Below are positions 1 to 9,993 of a stretch of DNA of 64,000 bases, one piece after another. Made by a program: the position numbers and the translations under genes. Location: contig CAVQUI010000006.1 of the NCBI GenBank assembly GCA_963716775.1, positions 212,740-276,739 of the forward strand, written 5' to 3'. Positions within the stretch are counted from its first letter, which is position 1; every line of letters begins with the position of its first letter. Origin of the DNA: an uncultured delta proteobacterium. GTDB lineage: Bacteria; Myxococcota_A; Polyangia; Polyangiales; Houyiibacteriaceae. The notes under the pieces were generated by a model that saw only the letters and a list, made by a program, of their open reading frames with translations, searched no databases and had not been told where the DNA came from.

Positions 1-870
1 GAATCCGACCAGCTTCCGCTCGAGTCCGGCGGCCTTGATGGTCCGCAGTGCGTCCCGCCCGATGAAGTCATGGGCATCGAGCTTCACCACCCAGCCGAGC
101 CCGGCTTCGAAGGGGTGGGTCTCCTCGCTGATGTCGTTACCGTAGAGGGCGAGTCGCGCTTCGAGCCGGAGGGTGTCACGGGCGCCTAGGCCGACCGGTT
201 CGAGTCCATGCGCCTCGCCGGCCGAAAGCAATGCCTTCCACAGCCTCACGGCGTCGTCGCTGGCGCAGAAAAGCTCGTAGCCGTCTTCGCCCGTGTAGCC
301 GGTGCGAGCGAGCCAGAGCTCGACGCCCGCCAAGTTGGCGCGGGTCACGTGAAAGTACGGAAGGTCGAGCAGGTCCTGCGGCGCGCCCAGATCTCTCATG
401 ATGGCGACTGCGTTCGGTCCCTGCAGGGCGAGCAGCGCCCAAGCATCCGACACGTCGTTCCAGGGGACCCCGAGGCCCAGGTTCTTTGCGAAGTGGGCTA
501 CGATTTTGTCGCGGTTGGACGCGTTGCACACGACCAGGACCTTCTCCTCTTCCAATCGGTACACGATCAGGTCGTCGAGGATGTAGCCGGCTTCGTTACA
601 GCAGGTGGTATAGAGCGCGCGGCCCACGTCGAGCTTTGACACGTCGTTGGTGACGAGATGGTCCACCGCTGCGACGGCTTGCGGCCCTTCGACGATGATC
701 TCGCCCATGTGGGAGACGTCGAAAAGGCCCGCGCGCTGGCGAACCGCTTCGTGCTCTTTCTTGATGCCCGCGTATTGCACGGGCATGCGCCAACCGGCGA
801 AGGGAACGAGCCGCGCGCCAAGGGCCCGGTGCTCGTCGGTGAGGGAGGTTTCACGAAGTGCTTGTGACAA
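1..870 (-). CDS. gcvT: Glycine cleavage system aminomethyltransferase GcvT; the 5' 290 codons are present and the 3' end is cut by the window edge
   Basis: Manual minus-strand translation in the frame that ends at base 1 gives [58 protein letters not shown]...[18 protein letters not shown]...[20 protein letters not shown]. The TTG start is at 870. The gene is absent from the ORF track because it runs off the edge. Confidence 0.85.
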   Translation of the reverse strand, partial: MSQALRETSLTDEHRALGARLVPFAGWRMPVQYAGIKKEHEAVRQRAGLFDVSHMGEIIVEGPQAVAAVDHLVTNDVSKLDVGRALYTTCCNEAGYILDDLIVYRLEEEKVLVVCNASNRDKIVAHFAKNLGLGVPWNDVSDAWALLALQGPNAVAIMRDLGAPQDLLDLPYFHVTRANLAGVELWLARTGYTGEDGYELFCASDDAVRLWKALLSAGEAHGLEPVGLGARDTLRLEARLALYGNDISEETHPFEAGLGWVVKLDAHDFIGRDALRTIKAAGLERKLVGF

Positions 871-937
871 AGTGACCGGAGCTTACGGTCGCCCGGCATC
901 TACGCAACCGCCAGCGCCGCTGGTCGATATCGGCTTC

Positions 938-2479
938 GTGGCTTCGGGCGATACGCTTTGTCTCAGTCGCGCCGGGCGGCGCATTCGGTCTTTTCCGTTA
1001 GGGGTTTCAGCGCTCGAGCTCGGCTCGCATCCAGACTGCGATATCGTCATCCATGCCACTGCGGTGCCCCCGCGAGCGAAGCTCTTTCATCCTCATGGGG
1101 GCACCGTCTATGTTTATGATCTGGACGAGCGACCAGGGCTCGGGTCGCGCGCGGTCATGCCGATCGGGCGGAAGCTAGCGGTGGGGGCCGGTTACTCGGT
1201 GATTCGCCTCAAGGGAGAAGCTGCCCCATTCGAGCACAGAGGCACCGAGCTCATTCGCCGGCCGGGTATCGAGCAAGTTCGGCTTTCGCTGGTCGAGGGG
1301 CATGGGGCAACGGCGCGCGCCTTTCGCGTCGCGGAGGAGCCGCTCTCGCTCGGCAGCGCCTCCGACAACGCGATCACACTGTCCGACCGAGCGGTCAGTC
1401 AGCACCACTGCCGCATCGAGCCTTCATCACAGGGCGTTTCCATCCGTGACCTCGGCAGCACCAACGGTACCTGGGTCGACGGCCTTCGAATTCGCCGACA
1501 CCTGCTTCGGCCCGGAGCGGTGGTTCGAGTCGGCCGCACGCAGCTTCGGGTGGTGGGGAGAAACCGCGCCAACAGGTCTTGTTCCGGGCTCGTCGTCGAG
1601 TCGACTCGGATGCTTTCCGTCATGGCCGAGGTCGATCGCTTTGCGGCCTTGCCATGGCCCGTTCTGATTCGAGGCGAGACAGGCGTCGGCAAGGAGCACA
1701 TCGCTCAAGCCCTGCACGAACGAGGCCCTCGAGCAGGCGGTCCCTTCGTGCCCATCAACGGCGGAGGGCTTCCACGAGAGCTCATCGAGAGCGAGCTGTT
1801 CGGGCATGAGCGGGGCGCGTTTACCGGTGCGGTCCAGGCCCATCGCGGGGCGTTCGAGCAGGCGCACGGCGGCACGCTCTTCCTGGACGAGGTGGCCGAG
1901 CTCGCGCCGGACCTTCAAACCCGACTACTTCGCGTCCTCGAAACTTGGCAGGTTCGGCGCGTGGGCGGCGAGTCTTCCCGCCGTGTTGACGTTCGATTGC
2001 TCTGCGCGACGCACCGGGACTTGCGCGCGATGGTGCACGAGGGGCGCTTCCGAGCGGACCTCTACTACCGAATCCACCGCCTGGTCGTCGACGTCCCCGC
2101 CCTGCGCTTCCGCCCGGACGACATCGAGCCCTTGGCGTCACATTTCATGCGTCTCATGGAGCCGGAGGTCGGCGCACGCGGCATTGCTAGGCAGGCGATC
2201 GAGCGGCTCCACGAGCATCCTTGGCCCGGCAACGTGCGTGAGCTTCGCAATCTGCTCGAGCTGGCCGCGATCGATTGCGATGGCGCAGTCATCGATCTTG
2301 CTTCGGTGGAACGCGCGCTGCGACGCAGCGCGGAGCCTTCGGTCCTTCGTCACTCAGCCAATTCGCTTCGAGAGACGCTCGAACAGTACGGCGGCAACCT
2401 GTCCGCAGCGGCACGCGCCTTGGGGATTCCCAGGTCGACCTTGCGTGACAGGCTCGGCGCCGCGGAGGCCGGAGCCTAG
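938..2479 (+). CDS. Sigma-54-dependent transcriptional activator with N-terminal FHA-like domains, an AAA+ core and a C-terminal Fis-type HTH
   Basis: This is the 3' part of ORF 647..2479. It carries Walker A GETGVGKE, the GAFTGA loop (ERGAFTGA), [10 protein letters not shown], and an FHA-like [22 protein letters not shown]. The start must lie downstream of the gcvT start at 870. In-frame GTG codons are at 938 and 872, and the choice between them is uncertain. Confidence 0.8.
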   Translation: MASGDTLCLSRAGRRIRSFPLGVSALELGSHPDCDIVIHATAVPPRAKLFHPHGGTVYVYDLDERPGLGSRAVMPIGRKLAVGAGYSVIRLKGEAAPFEHRGTELIRRPGIEQVRLSLVEGHGATARAFRVAEEPLSLGSASDNAITLSDRAVSQHHCRIEPSSQGVSIRDLGSTNGTWVDGLRIRRHLLRPGAVVRVGRTQLRVVGRNRANRSCSGLVVESTRMLSVMAEVDRFAALPWPVLIRGETGVGKEHIAQALHERGPRAGGPFVPINGGGLPRELIESELFGHERGAFTGAVQAHRGAFEQAHGGTLFLDEVAELAPDLQTRLLRVLETWQVRRVGGESSRRVDVRLLCATHRDLRAMVHEGRFRADLYYRIHRLVVDVPALRFRPDDIEPLASHFMRLMEPEVGARGIARQAIERLHEHPWPGNVRELRNLLELAAIDCDGAVIDLASVERALRRSAEPSVLRHSANSLRETLEQYGGNLSAAARALGIPRSTLRDRLGAAEAGA

Positions 2480-3189
2480 GCCATTGTGCGGCGCGCTTCT
2501 TTCGCGCGCCGGACCCGGAGCTCGAGCAAGTCTTGGGCGACTCCGACGATCCGCTTGAGGCCGGTGGACTTGGACTTCCCAGAATGGCGAGGCCTGCAAG
2601 CGATCGTGACAACCGTCGCGGGGACGCCCGCGCCCAGGATTCGAATCGGAAACTCGAAGTTCAAGAAGAACGTGTCGGGCACGAGCTGATCGGCGTCGAA
2701 GAGCGGCCGGCGGAAGAGGTAGGGGCCGTCGCTCTGCATGCGGACGCCGTGGACCAGGAAGATCAACGCGCGTACGCCCGCCGAGAGAACCTTGCGATGA
2801 AGCCCGTCGTCCCGGTGGTCGTAGACGCTGAACACGACCTCGCTTCGATCCCGGGCTGCTGCATCGCGCAGGGTACCGATGGCATCCGGCGCGATCTGTC
2901 CGTCCGCGGGCAGAAAGGTGACCCAGCTCCCCTTCGCCGCCCGCACCCCGGTCTTGAGTGCGGCCCCAATCCCGCGATTGCTCTCGTGACGAATGAGCTG
3001 ATGAGGTGCGCCGGCCAGCGCCTTGGAGGCTTCGGCAGAAGTGCCGTCCGAAGAGCCGTCGTCGACGAAGACGATTTCGGCTGAAGGCTCGTTGCTCGAG
3101 AGCCAGTTGCGGAGCTCGAGCAATACCGGCGCGATGTTGGTTTCTTCGTTGAAAGCGAAGATGATGACGCTTAGCTCGAGACCGCTCAT
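2476..3189 (-). CDS. Family 2 glycosyltransferase, polyprenyl-phosphate (dolichyl-phosphate mannose synthase / ArnC / GtrB-like) type
   Basis: The 237-aa ORF shows [22 protein letters not shown] and [11 protein letters not shown], the typical GT2 nucleotide-sugar fold signature. Its start overlaps the upstream gene's stop by 4 nt. Confidence 0.8.
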   Translation of the reverse strand: MSGLELSVIIFAFNEETNIAPVLLELRNWLSSNEPSAEIVFVDDGSSDGTSAEASKALAGAPHQLIRHESNRGIGAALKTGVRAAKGSWVTFLPADGQIAPDAIGTLRDAAARDRSEVVFSVYDHRDDGLHRKVLSAGVRALIFLVHGVRMQSDGPYLFRRPLFDADQLVPDTFFLNFEFPIRILGAGVPATVVTIACRPRHSGKSKSTGLKRIVGVAQDLLELRVRRAKEARRTMA

Positions 3190-3704
3190 CTCGGCCGTTC
3201 CCTGGTCACCCTGGCTGGGACCCCTGCGGCGACGGTATACGGAGGGACGTCTTTGCTGACGACAGCTCCCGCTCCAATCTGAGCGCCTTTGCCGATGCGT
3301 ACGCCTGGAAGCACGATGGCACCCACGCCGAGGTCGCAGTCATCTTCGATCACCACCGGACCGAGCTCGAGCGGCGAGCTCAAGATCGGTATGTCGCGGC
3401 CTGCTTCGGCATGAGACGAGGTGATGATGCGGACGCCGGGACCGATGCCCACTCGGGCACCGATGTCGATGCCGCCGGCGCTGTGAAAGAACGCCTGCTG
3501 TCCGATCCATGTTTCGTCACCGATGCGCATGAGGTTCTTGTAGTAGCCCTTGAGAATCGCTTGGTGCCCGACGTAGACGTTGTTGCCGAGCTCGATGTTC
3601 TCGGGGTGAAAGATCAGGACGCCTGCTTCGAAGATGCAGTCGGGGCCGCAGCGCGCAAACTGGTCGATCCGAAAGGAGCCGTCGCCGTGGCTGCGATGTC
3701 GCAT
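3186..3704 (-). CDS. Left-handed beta-helix (hexapeptide repeat) acyl/acetyltransferase
   Basis: The 172-aa ORF has repeated [LIV]G-x4 hexapeptides (IGARVGIGPGVRI, DCDLGVGAIVLPGVRIGKGAQIGAGAVV). Confidence 0.75.
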   Translation of the reverse strand: MRHRSHGDGSFRIDQFARCGPDCIFEAGVLIFHPENIELGNNVYVGHQAILKGYYKNLMRIGDETWIGQQAFFHSAGGIDIGARVGIGPGVRIITSSHAEAGRDIPILSSPLELGPVVIEDDCDLGVGAIVLPGVRIGKGAQIGAGAVVSKDVPPYTVAAGVPARVTRERPR

Positions 3705-3707
3705 TGC

Positions 3708-5678
3708 TCAGAGATTAGCAGGAGAGGCAGGCAAGGTCGCAAACTTCGGCTCAACCGGGCCCATGGCCTTGGACAGCTCGGCGAGGTTCCGCGCAAGCCC
3801 AGCCGCCCCGGTCGCTTCGGCAATGATCGAGGCGTAGTGCAGATTGCGCGCGGGGTGACCGAGAGCCACTGCGGGCTCGTACAGAGGTGCGGGTCGGACC
3901 ATCGGCTCGATTCGAGCCGGCACGCTCGAAAGACTGTCCTCGTCGACCCCGTCGAGCCAGGGAACACCGGCTAGGAGCGTTGCGATGGCGACTCGCGGGA
4001 AGCCCTGTGAGTATAGGTCGTGTCCGCGATCGAGAGTGACCAGGGCGATGAGGCCGTCGGTTCCTGGAGAGCCTTCTCGAAGCTCCGCCAGTGCGACGCT
4101 GGCGTAGCGCGCGAGCTCCGGCTCGTGCGCGGTGTTGGCGCAGCGTGAGCGAACGTCCAGCAGCCATTCGCTGGGACAGGTCGGCAGGCCGAGTCGATCG
4201 GCCAGCGCCTTGCGCGACACTTGAACCGGCCGGGCTGGGTTGGCGCGAAGAAATCGTCGCACCCTGGCATCCCGTCCGCCCGGACCGCGGAGCTCGAACC
4301 GCTCGAGGTCCGGATGGCGCCGGTAGAGATGCGACCAATACCATTCGGATGAGGCGAGGCCGTGGGCCAGCAAAGTGACGTCCGGCCGGATACCCCGTTG
4401 CTCCTGGAGGTACCACATCGGACCGATCCAATGATCACGCTCGACGATGAGAATCGCGTTCGGCGGCGCATCGCGAAGCGCTTCGCGCCCGATGTCCCAA
4501 GTGAACGTGTCGCGGTGTCGGCTGCGTTGGTATGGAGCTGGCGGCGCAACCATGACGAAGAGCAGAAGCGCTGCGAGCGCCACCGGAGCCCAGGACTTCC
4601 TGTGCGCGCCCAGGTAGGCGAGGAGAAGTCCCACGCCGGAAGCCCCCAGCCAGGCGGGAATCGCAAGGTAGCCGCGGTAGTCGAGGACGTCGGGTGCGAA
4701 CACGCCGTTTCGAGCGATGAACGCCACGAAGAAGATCCAGGTCGCGTTGAAGAAGAAGCGGCCGAGTCCACGCTTTCGCGCGTAGAGCGCATACCCAGCG
4801 AATCCGGCAATGAGCAGGGCGAGAAGTCCGTCGCCGAGTGACCAGAAGAACAGCTCGACTAGGTGCCACCCCCACTCGGACCAGGAGCCGACGCCTTTGG
4901 AGGCGAAGTCCGCAGCCGTGAAGTAGTGAATGATCGAGTCGGCATCGGTCGGTGCGCCCCAGACCAGGGCGTCCGTTCTACCCGCGACGATGAACACGTA
5001 GAGGTGAGTGCACAGTCCGAGCAGTCCGCCGCCGATCAGCATTCCGAGCGCGCGCCGTGGGATCTCGTGGCGAACTATTCCCATCAGGACTCGTGGGGTC
5101 ATGGCGAGGGTGACGCCAAGAGCGCAGACGACGTTGGCGCTTGCCGCCAGCCCCAGAGCAAGGCCGGTGGCGAAGTACGGTTGCGGCCGCTGGTCTTCAT
5201 CGAGAACTGCGTTAGCGAATCGAGCCGCGGCCCAGAGCGCCAAGAAGACCGCCAGAGGGTAGACCTCGATCCGTGTGGCAGGCTCCCAGAGGGCTGGGTG
5301 CATGCCAAGGAGCGCAATGCTCGGCGCCACGAGGCGAAGATCGCCGTCGGGGCAATCGCGGTCCGGCCGGACGAGAGCCTCGGCGAAGCTCGTTGCCGGG
5401 ATCACCGTCAGGGCGCCAAGGAGCGCGGAGAGCCCGTTCAAGGCAACGAGCGGCTCGACGCCCGGCAGCCGACTGGCCAGCGCCCCGAGGATCGTGTGTA
5501 GAGGTTGGCCGAATGGATGGCCGAGCCCGAGTTGCTCCGCGACCATCGCAAGCTCCGGGCTGTCGTACATCGACAGGCTCCTGCACATCGTCATGACGTA
5601 GAAGACGAAAAGGGCGGCGCTCGATACGGCCGTGATGAGCCTGGATTGCACCGGGAGACCGAGGAGACGCTTAGTCAC
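3708..5678 (-). CDS. DUF2723-family polytopic membrane protein (GT-C fold glycosyltransferase-like, PMT/ArnT/TMEM260-like)
   Basis: This is the 3' part of ORF 3708..5876. A GTG at 5678 overlaps the upstream stop by 8 nt (GTGACTAA). The first-loop motif is YDSPELAMVAEQLGLGHPFGQPLHTILG, followed by many hydrophobic helices and a soluble C-terminal region of about 250 aa. Confidence 0.7.
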   Translation of the reverse strand: MTKRLLGLPVQSRLITAVSSAALFVFYVMTMCRSLSMYDSPELAMVAEQLGLGHPFGQPLHTILGALASRLPGVEPLVALNGLSALLGALTVIPATSFAEALVRPDRDCPDGDLRLVAPSIALLGMHPALWEPATRIEVYPLAVFLALWAAARFANAVLDEDQRPQPYFATGLALGLAASANVVCALGVTLAMTPRVLMGIVRHEIPRRALGMLIGGGLLGLCTHLYVFIVAGRTDALVWGAPTDADSIIHYFTAADFASKGVGSWSEWGWHLVELFFWSLGDGLLALLIAGFAGYALYARKRGLGRFFFNATWIFFVAFIARNGVFAPDVLDYRGYLAIPAWLGASGVGLLLAYLGAHRKSWAPVALAALLLFVMVAPPAPYQRSRHRDTFTWDIGREALRDAPPNAILIVERDHWIGPMWYLQEQRGIRPDVTLLAHGLASSEWYWSHLYRRHPDLERFELRGPGGRDARVRRFLRANPARPVQVSRKALADRLGLPTCPSEWLLDVRSRCANTAHEPELARYASVALAELREGSPGTDGLIALVTLDRGHDLYSQGFPRVAIATLLAGVPWLDGVDEDSLSSVPARIEPMVRPAPLYEPAVALGHPARNLHYASIIAEATGAAGLARNLAELSKAMGPVEPKFATLPASPANL

Positions 5679-6645
5679 GGTCTTTTCCCGAAAGCGGAAC
5701 CAGAAGATTGATGACGCCACCGACCCCTGCAGTGAGCAACTGCACGGCCCAGAAGCTGAGGGAGCCGGCGATGGCACTCGATTTGGGAACGCCGACCGCT
5801 CCGTAGAGTGCGATGAACGCGGCCTCGCGAACGCCCGCCCCGCCGACGGTGAAGGGGAAAAACGCAGACGCGCCAATCAGGGGCATTGCGACCGCCGATT
5901 GCGCGAAGGCCACCGATGGCTCGAGCGAATGCATGATCGCGTGGCCCGCGACGATGGTGAGAAGATGGATCGTCAGCGACAGAACGATGGCCCCGGCAAA
6001 AGGCCAAATCGAAAAAAGGCGAGGGAGCGCCCGCAGGGGCTGGCCGAGCTTGTCGGGAAGGAAGGGAGCGAGCCTTGGCGCGACCGCGATGCCGACCAAG
6101 GCGGCGGCAGCGGCCCCGAGACCAAGCGTGGCCCAGAGACCCACGTTCTGGATCCCGGGAATCGGTCGAATCAAATAGGCGCCCGCCGCAAGAACGAGAA
6201 GGGCCGAAACACCGATGACCCGCTCGATGAACACTACGGCCACACCGCTGGTGGCGCTTGCCAGATCGAGGTCCCCAAACGCCTTGCGGCCTGCCACGCC
6301 GCGAATGACGTCGCCGCCCACGCCGCCCGGCGCGTAGGTGTTGTAGAAATGGCCGACGAAGTACAGGTGGGCGACACGAGGCCAGGGTGGGATGTCGATC
6401 GCGCCGTAGGCTCGCAACAAGAGGCGCCAGCGAACCATGCCGCAGCACAGTCCGAGGAGAACGACCGCGATGGCAGTCAGCGCAGCGCCGAGGGAGAGAC
6501 GCTGAAACGCGTTCAAGACGTCGCGCGGATCGACGAGGTTCGCCAAGTACGCGACCGCTCCGATCGTGACGGCGATTCGGCCCCACCTCAGGTAGCGGCG
6601 GCGCTTCTCGCCGCTGGCGCTGCGCGGTCCCCTTTCGTCGAGCAT
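5671..6645 (-). CDS. Flippase-like membrane protein (lysylphosphatidylglycerol synthase TM-region / UPF0104 family)
   Basis: The 324-aa polytopic ORF carries the family motif FVGHFYNTYAPGGVGGDVIRG. Confidence 0.7.
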   Translation of the reverse strand: MLDERGPRSASGEKRRRYLRWGRIAVTIGAVAYLANLVDPRDVLNAFQRLSLGAALTAIAVVLLGLCCGMVRWRLLLRAYGAIDIPPWPRVAHLYFVGHFYNTYAPGGVGGDVIRGVAGRKAFGDLDLASATSGVAVVFIERVIGVSALLVLAAGAYLIRPIPGIQNVGLWATLGLGAAAAALVGIAVAPRLAPFLPDKLGQPLRALPRLFSIWPFAGAIVLSLTIHLLTIVAGHAIMHSLEPSVAFAQSAVAMPLIGASAFFPFTVGGAGVREAAFIALYGAVGVPKSSAIAGSLSFWAVQLLTAGVGGVINLLVPLSGKDRD

Positions 6646-6646
6646 C

Positions 6647-7273
6647 TCAGTCCCCGAAGCCTAGCGCGTCCTGGAGCTCATTGAGCAGTTCTCGGGCGCC
6701 TTCCTCTACGATCCTTTGGAGGGAAGGGAGGTATTCTGCGACTCGGGCGGCCTGGTCTTCTTGCACCGCCAGGGCCGGTCGGTGTCGAAGTGCGTCGCGG
6801 AGCCTGCCCGAAACGAACGCAGGGTCGGCGTAGTCGCGCGGCGCGCCCCAGATGCTGAGTCGGGTCCGGAGCTTGGAGAACGCCTGCCCTTGGTCCTTCC
6901 AGTCCAGGAGCTCGCCGGCTTCGAGATCGATCGCCTCGAGGTAAGCGTCGACGTGGCTCTGCTCCCGCACGAGCCAGCCATCGAGGAACATTTCGGTGCC
7001 GATGTGACCGACGGCTCGCGCGGTTCCGCGTCGCACACCGGCTTCGGTCAAGGCGTCGAGGGCCTGCGCGCAGGAGGCGAGAAACGCAGGTGATCGATGA
7101 AAGGCGTCGTCGGTCCGATGGTGCAGCTCGATTCCGCGTCGGATACCGGCATCGTGGACTTCTAGCAAAGGGACGCCCACCATCGCTTCGAAGTCGGGCA
7201 ACATGCTCCCCAGTAGGTGTCCCGCTCGGCGGTCGGCCCAGCTCGCAACGACTGCATGTCCGAAGAAGTTCAA
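6647..7273 (-). CDS. Acyl carrier protein phosphodiesterase (AcpH)-like protein
   Basis: The 208-aa ORF has MNFFGHAVVA...GSMLPDF...GIELHHRTDDAFH, which parallels E. coli AcpH MNFLAHLHLA...GNLLADF...GIHMHRRID. Its TTG start overlaps the miaA stop (TTGA). Confidence 0.5.
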   Translation of the reverse strand: MNFFGHAVVASWADRRAGHLLGSMLPDFEAMVGVPLLEVHDAGIRRGIELHHRTDDAFHRSPAFLASCAQALDALTEAGVRRGTARAVGHIGTEMFLDGWLVREQSHVDAYLEAIDLEAGELLDWKDQGQAFSKLRTRLSIWGAPRDYADPAFVSGRLRDALRHRPALAVQEDQAARVAEYLPSLQRIVEEGARELLNELQDALGFGD

Positions 7274-8202
7274 AGCCTTAGTTCTCGTGCGATGCGGTCG
7301 AGGCTGCTCGGCTTGCGGAGCTCGGCGCTTTCGCTGCGCCAGCTTACACCGGGTTCGCTTCTAAACCAGGTTCGTTGCCGCCGCGCATAAATCCGCGTCG
7401 ACTTCCGGATTCTACGCACTGTTTCTTCGAACGGGAGCTCGTCGCGAATGTGTTCCACGACCTCGCGGTACCCGACGCTTCCGAGGGGGCGAATCTCGTC
7501 TCCCCAGCGCTCGCGCAGCGAACGCACCTCGTCGACCCAGCCTGCTTCCAGCATCCGCCTGGCCCGGTCTTCGATGACCGCGCCATGACCCTCGTGTTCC
7601 ATTTCGAGCACGATGAGGAGCGCCCGGTATCGTGGTTGGCCGAGCGCGTGCTCCGCGCGGAGCGTGCCGAGTGGTGTGCCGGTTTGTTCGTAGACCTCGA
7701 GAGCGCGCACGATACGAAGGCTGTCGTTCGGGTGAATCGCCTTGGCAGAAATCGAATCAATCTCGCCGAGGCGAGCGTGCAATGCAGGTGCACCAGCTTC
7801 CATTGCCGCGTCTTCGAGACGTTTCCGGATCACCGGATCGACAGCTGGAACGTCGACCAGCCCTCGGATGAGCGCGCGTATCCAGAGCCCTGTGCCGCCC
7901 ACCACAATCGGAAGGTGCCCGCGGCCTGCGATGTCTCGAATCGCCGCGTCGCCAAGCGCGGCATAGGCCATGGCGTCGACTTCCTGGTTTGGGTCGAACA
8001 CATCGATGAGATGGTGGGAGACTCCCCCGAGCTCGGCGGCGCTTGGCTTGGCAGATCCGATGTCGAAGCCGCGGTACACCTGCACGCTGTCGGCGCCGAC
8101 CAGCTCGCCGCCGAGCTGACGCGCGATTTCGATCGCCGCAGCGGTCTTGCCCGTGGCGGTCGATCCGGCGATGACGACGATCGGCTGGAGGGCTTCAGAC
8201 AA
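7270..8202 (-). CDS. miaA: tRNA dimethylallyltransferase MiaA
   Basis: This is the 3' part of ORF 7270..8625. It has the P-loop IAGSTATGKT, VGADSVQVYRGFDIGSAKP and VGGTGLW. The TTG at 8202 overlaps the mutL stop by 8 nt. The upstream part of the tracked ORF is a shadow of mutL. Confidence 0.85.
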   Translation of the reverse strand: MSEALQPIVVIAGSTATGKTAAAIEIARQLGGELVGADSVQVYRGFDIGSAKPSAAELGGVSHHLIDVFDPNQEVDAMAYAALGDAAIRDIAGRGHLPIVVGGTGLWIRALIRGLVDVPAVDPVIRKRLEDAAMEAGAPALHARLGEIDSISAKAIHPNDSLRIVRALEVYEQTGTPLGTLRAEHALGQPRYRALLIVLEMEHEGHGAVIEDRARRMLEAGWVDEVRSLRERWGDEIRPLGSVGYREVVEHIRDELPFEETVRRIRKSTRIYARRQRTWFRSEPGVSWRSESAELRKPSSLDRIARELRL

Positions 8203-9868
8203 GGGCGTTCTCCGAGCCCGACGATGACAAGGGCACTTTTGCGAGAACGCAGGCACGATGGGCGTTCCGGCTCGGCCAAATACCCGCGACGATGCGCTGT
8301 GCGGCGGCCTCATCGAGGGGTTCGCCGTTGGCGGTCGCGGCGCACTGAGCCAAGGCGCGCAGCGCCGAACTCCGTGCTTCCTCGCCGCCGTTCCGTAGGG
8401 CTGCGAGAGCCTCTTTGAAGAGCGCCGTGGCGCGGGCGTGGGCGAGAAGAGCGGGAACCGCCCGCACCACGTACGAACCTTCGCCGAGCTCGGACCAGTC
8501 GAAACCGAGGGCGCGGAGGGCCGGCTCGTGGCGTTTGAGCTCGGCTTCCGCAGCGGGCGTGAGCTCGAGCCGATCCGGAAAGAGCAGGTTCTGATGCGCG
8601 AGCGTTCCAGCTTCGGTGGCTTCACGAAGTGCGTCGAAGCAAACCAACACTTCGGAACGCTCGCGATCGAGAACCAGAATCTGATCCTCTGCCTCGCAAA
8701 TCAGAACACGGTCACGAACGTGAGCGATCAGGCGAAGTCCGTTCGGGCTCCGCGCCTGGTACGGTTCGGCCGGCTGCGCCACCCCAGGCGAATCCGCGAC
8801 CGCGTTCCCGCCGCTAGCCGTCACATCGGCATTGCGGATCGGTCCAGACGCTCCAATGCGCGCCTCCCAGTAGGCGTCGCCGGCTGGCCCCGCCGGAAGT
8901 CGGGCGGCGATCATTCGGGTCACCAGGTCGACGAGCTGCGCAGGCCGTTTGAAGCGCACCTCGGTCTTCTGAGGATGCGCGTTGACATCGACGTCTTCAG
9001 GGGCGAGTCGAAGCGAAACCAGCCCGCGCGGATAGTGGCCTGGTGGCAATCGATCGCCGTATGCGAAAGCGATTGCCCGGGCGAGGCGACGGTCGCTGAT
9101 GGCTCGTCCATTGACGAAGAGAAAGAGGTGTCGGGCTCCGGCGCGCGCGAGCTCGATGGGTCCAAGGATCGCATCGAGGACTAGCCCGTCTCGTTCGGAG
9201 TGGATGTCCTGGAGCGCGACGTCACCAAAGACCTGATATGCCCGCTCGGCGAGGCTGTTCACGGGGAGATACTGGCGCGCCGTCCGACCATCGGAGGTCA
9301 CGAGCAGGCGCAGCTCGGGATGACTCAGTGCGACACGCTGACAAACCTCGAAGATGCGCGAAGTTTCGGTCTGACGCGCCCGAAGAAACTTCTTTCGCGC
9401 CGGAACGTTGTAGAAAAGGTCGTTCACTTCGACGGTGGTCCCCGGTGGACACCCGAGCGGGGACACCTCTCGCAACTCGCCGCCTTCGACGATGATTTTG
9501 GTCCCTTCCAGCGCGTCCCTGAGCCGAGTCTGGATCGTCATTCTCGACACCGAACCAATCGAGGGAAGGGCTTCTCCACGAAAGCCTAGGGTTGAGACCC
9601 GAACCAGATCATCAAAGGACGCGATCTTGCTTGTAGCGTGCCGCCGGATGCTGAGGGCTGCGTCTTCCGCCGACATGCCGATCCCGTCGTCGGTCACGCG
9701 GACCTGAGCGCGCCCTCCATCTTCCACTCCCACGGTAATCGAGGTCGCCTGGGCGTCGATCGCGTTCTCCAGCAGCTCTTTGACGAGATTCGCGGGCCGC
9801 TCGATGACTTCGCCCGCGGCGATTTGGTCGATCAGCGCATCGTCGAGCAATCGTACCGTAGAACCCAC
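8195..9868 (-). CDS. mutL: DNA mismatch repair protein MutL
   Basis: The 557-aa ORF has the GHKL ATPase motifs IAAGEVIERPANLVKELLENAIDA, DDGIGM and LGFRGEALPSI. Confidence 0.9.
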   Translation of the reverse strand: MGSTVRLLDDALIDQIAAGEVIERPANLVKELLENAIDAQATSITVGVEDGGRAQVRVTDDGIGMSAEDAALSIRRHATSKIASFDDLVRVSTLGFRGEALPSIGSVSRMTIQTRLRDALEGTKIIVEGGELREVSPLGCPPGTTVEVNDLFYNVPARKKFLRARQTETSRIFEVCQRVALSHPELRLLVTSDGRTARQYLPVNSLAERAYQVFGDVALQDIHSERDGLVLDAILGPIELARAGARHLFLFVNGRAISDRRLARAIAFAYGDRLPPGHYPRGLVSLRLAPEDVDVNAHPQKTEVRFKRPAQLVDLVTRMIAARLPAGPAGDAYWEARIGASGPIRNADVTASGGNAVADSPGVAQPAEPYQARSPNGLRLIAHVRDRVLICEAEDQILVLDRERSEVLVCFDALREATEAGTLAHQNLLFPDRLELTPAAEAELKRHEPALRALGFDWSELGEGSYVVRAVPALLAHARATALFKEALAALRNGGEEARSSALRALAQCAATANGEPLDEAAAQRIVAGIWPSRNAHRACVLAKVPLSSSGSENALV

Positions 9869-9993
9869 GGCCTGCGCCTATCAAAGCTGGTTTCGATTGG
9901 CAACGCGGGCCGACGATCTATGTGCCTTCGTTGACCCTCCGTTAATCGCGATGCTACCGTGATTTCAGGGGAGTTAATAGGGAATTCACCAAG

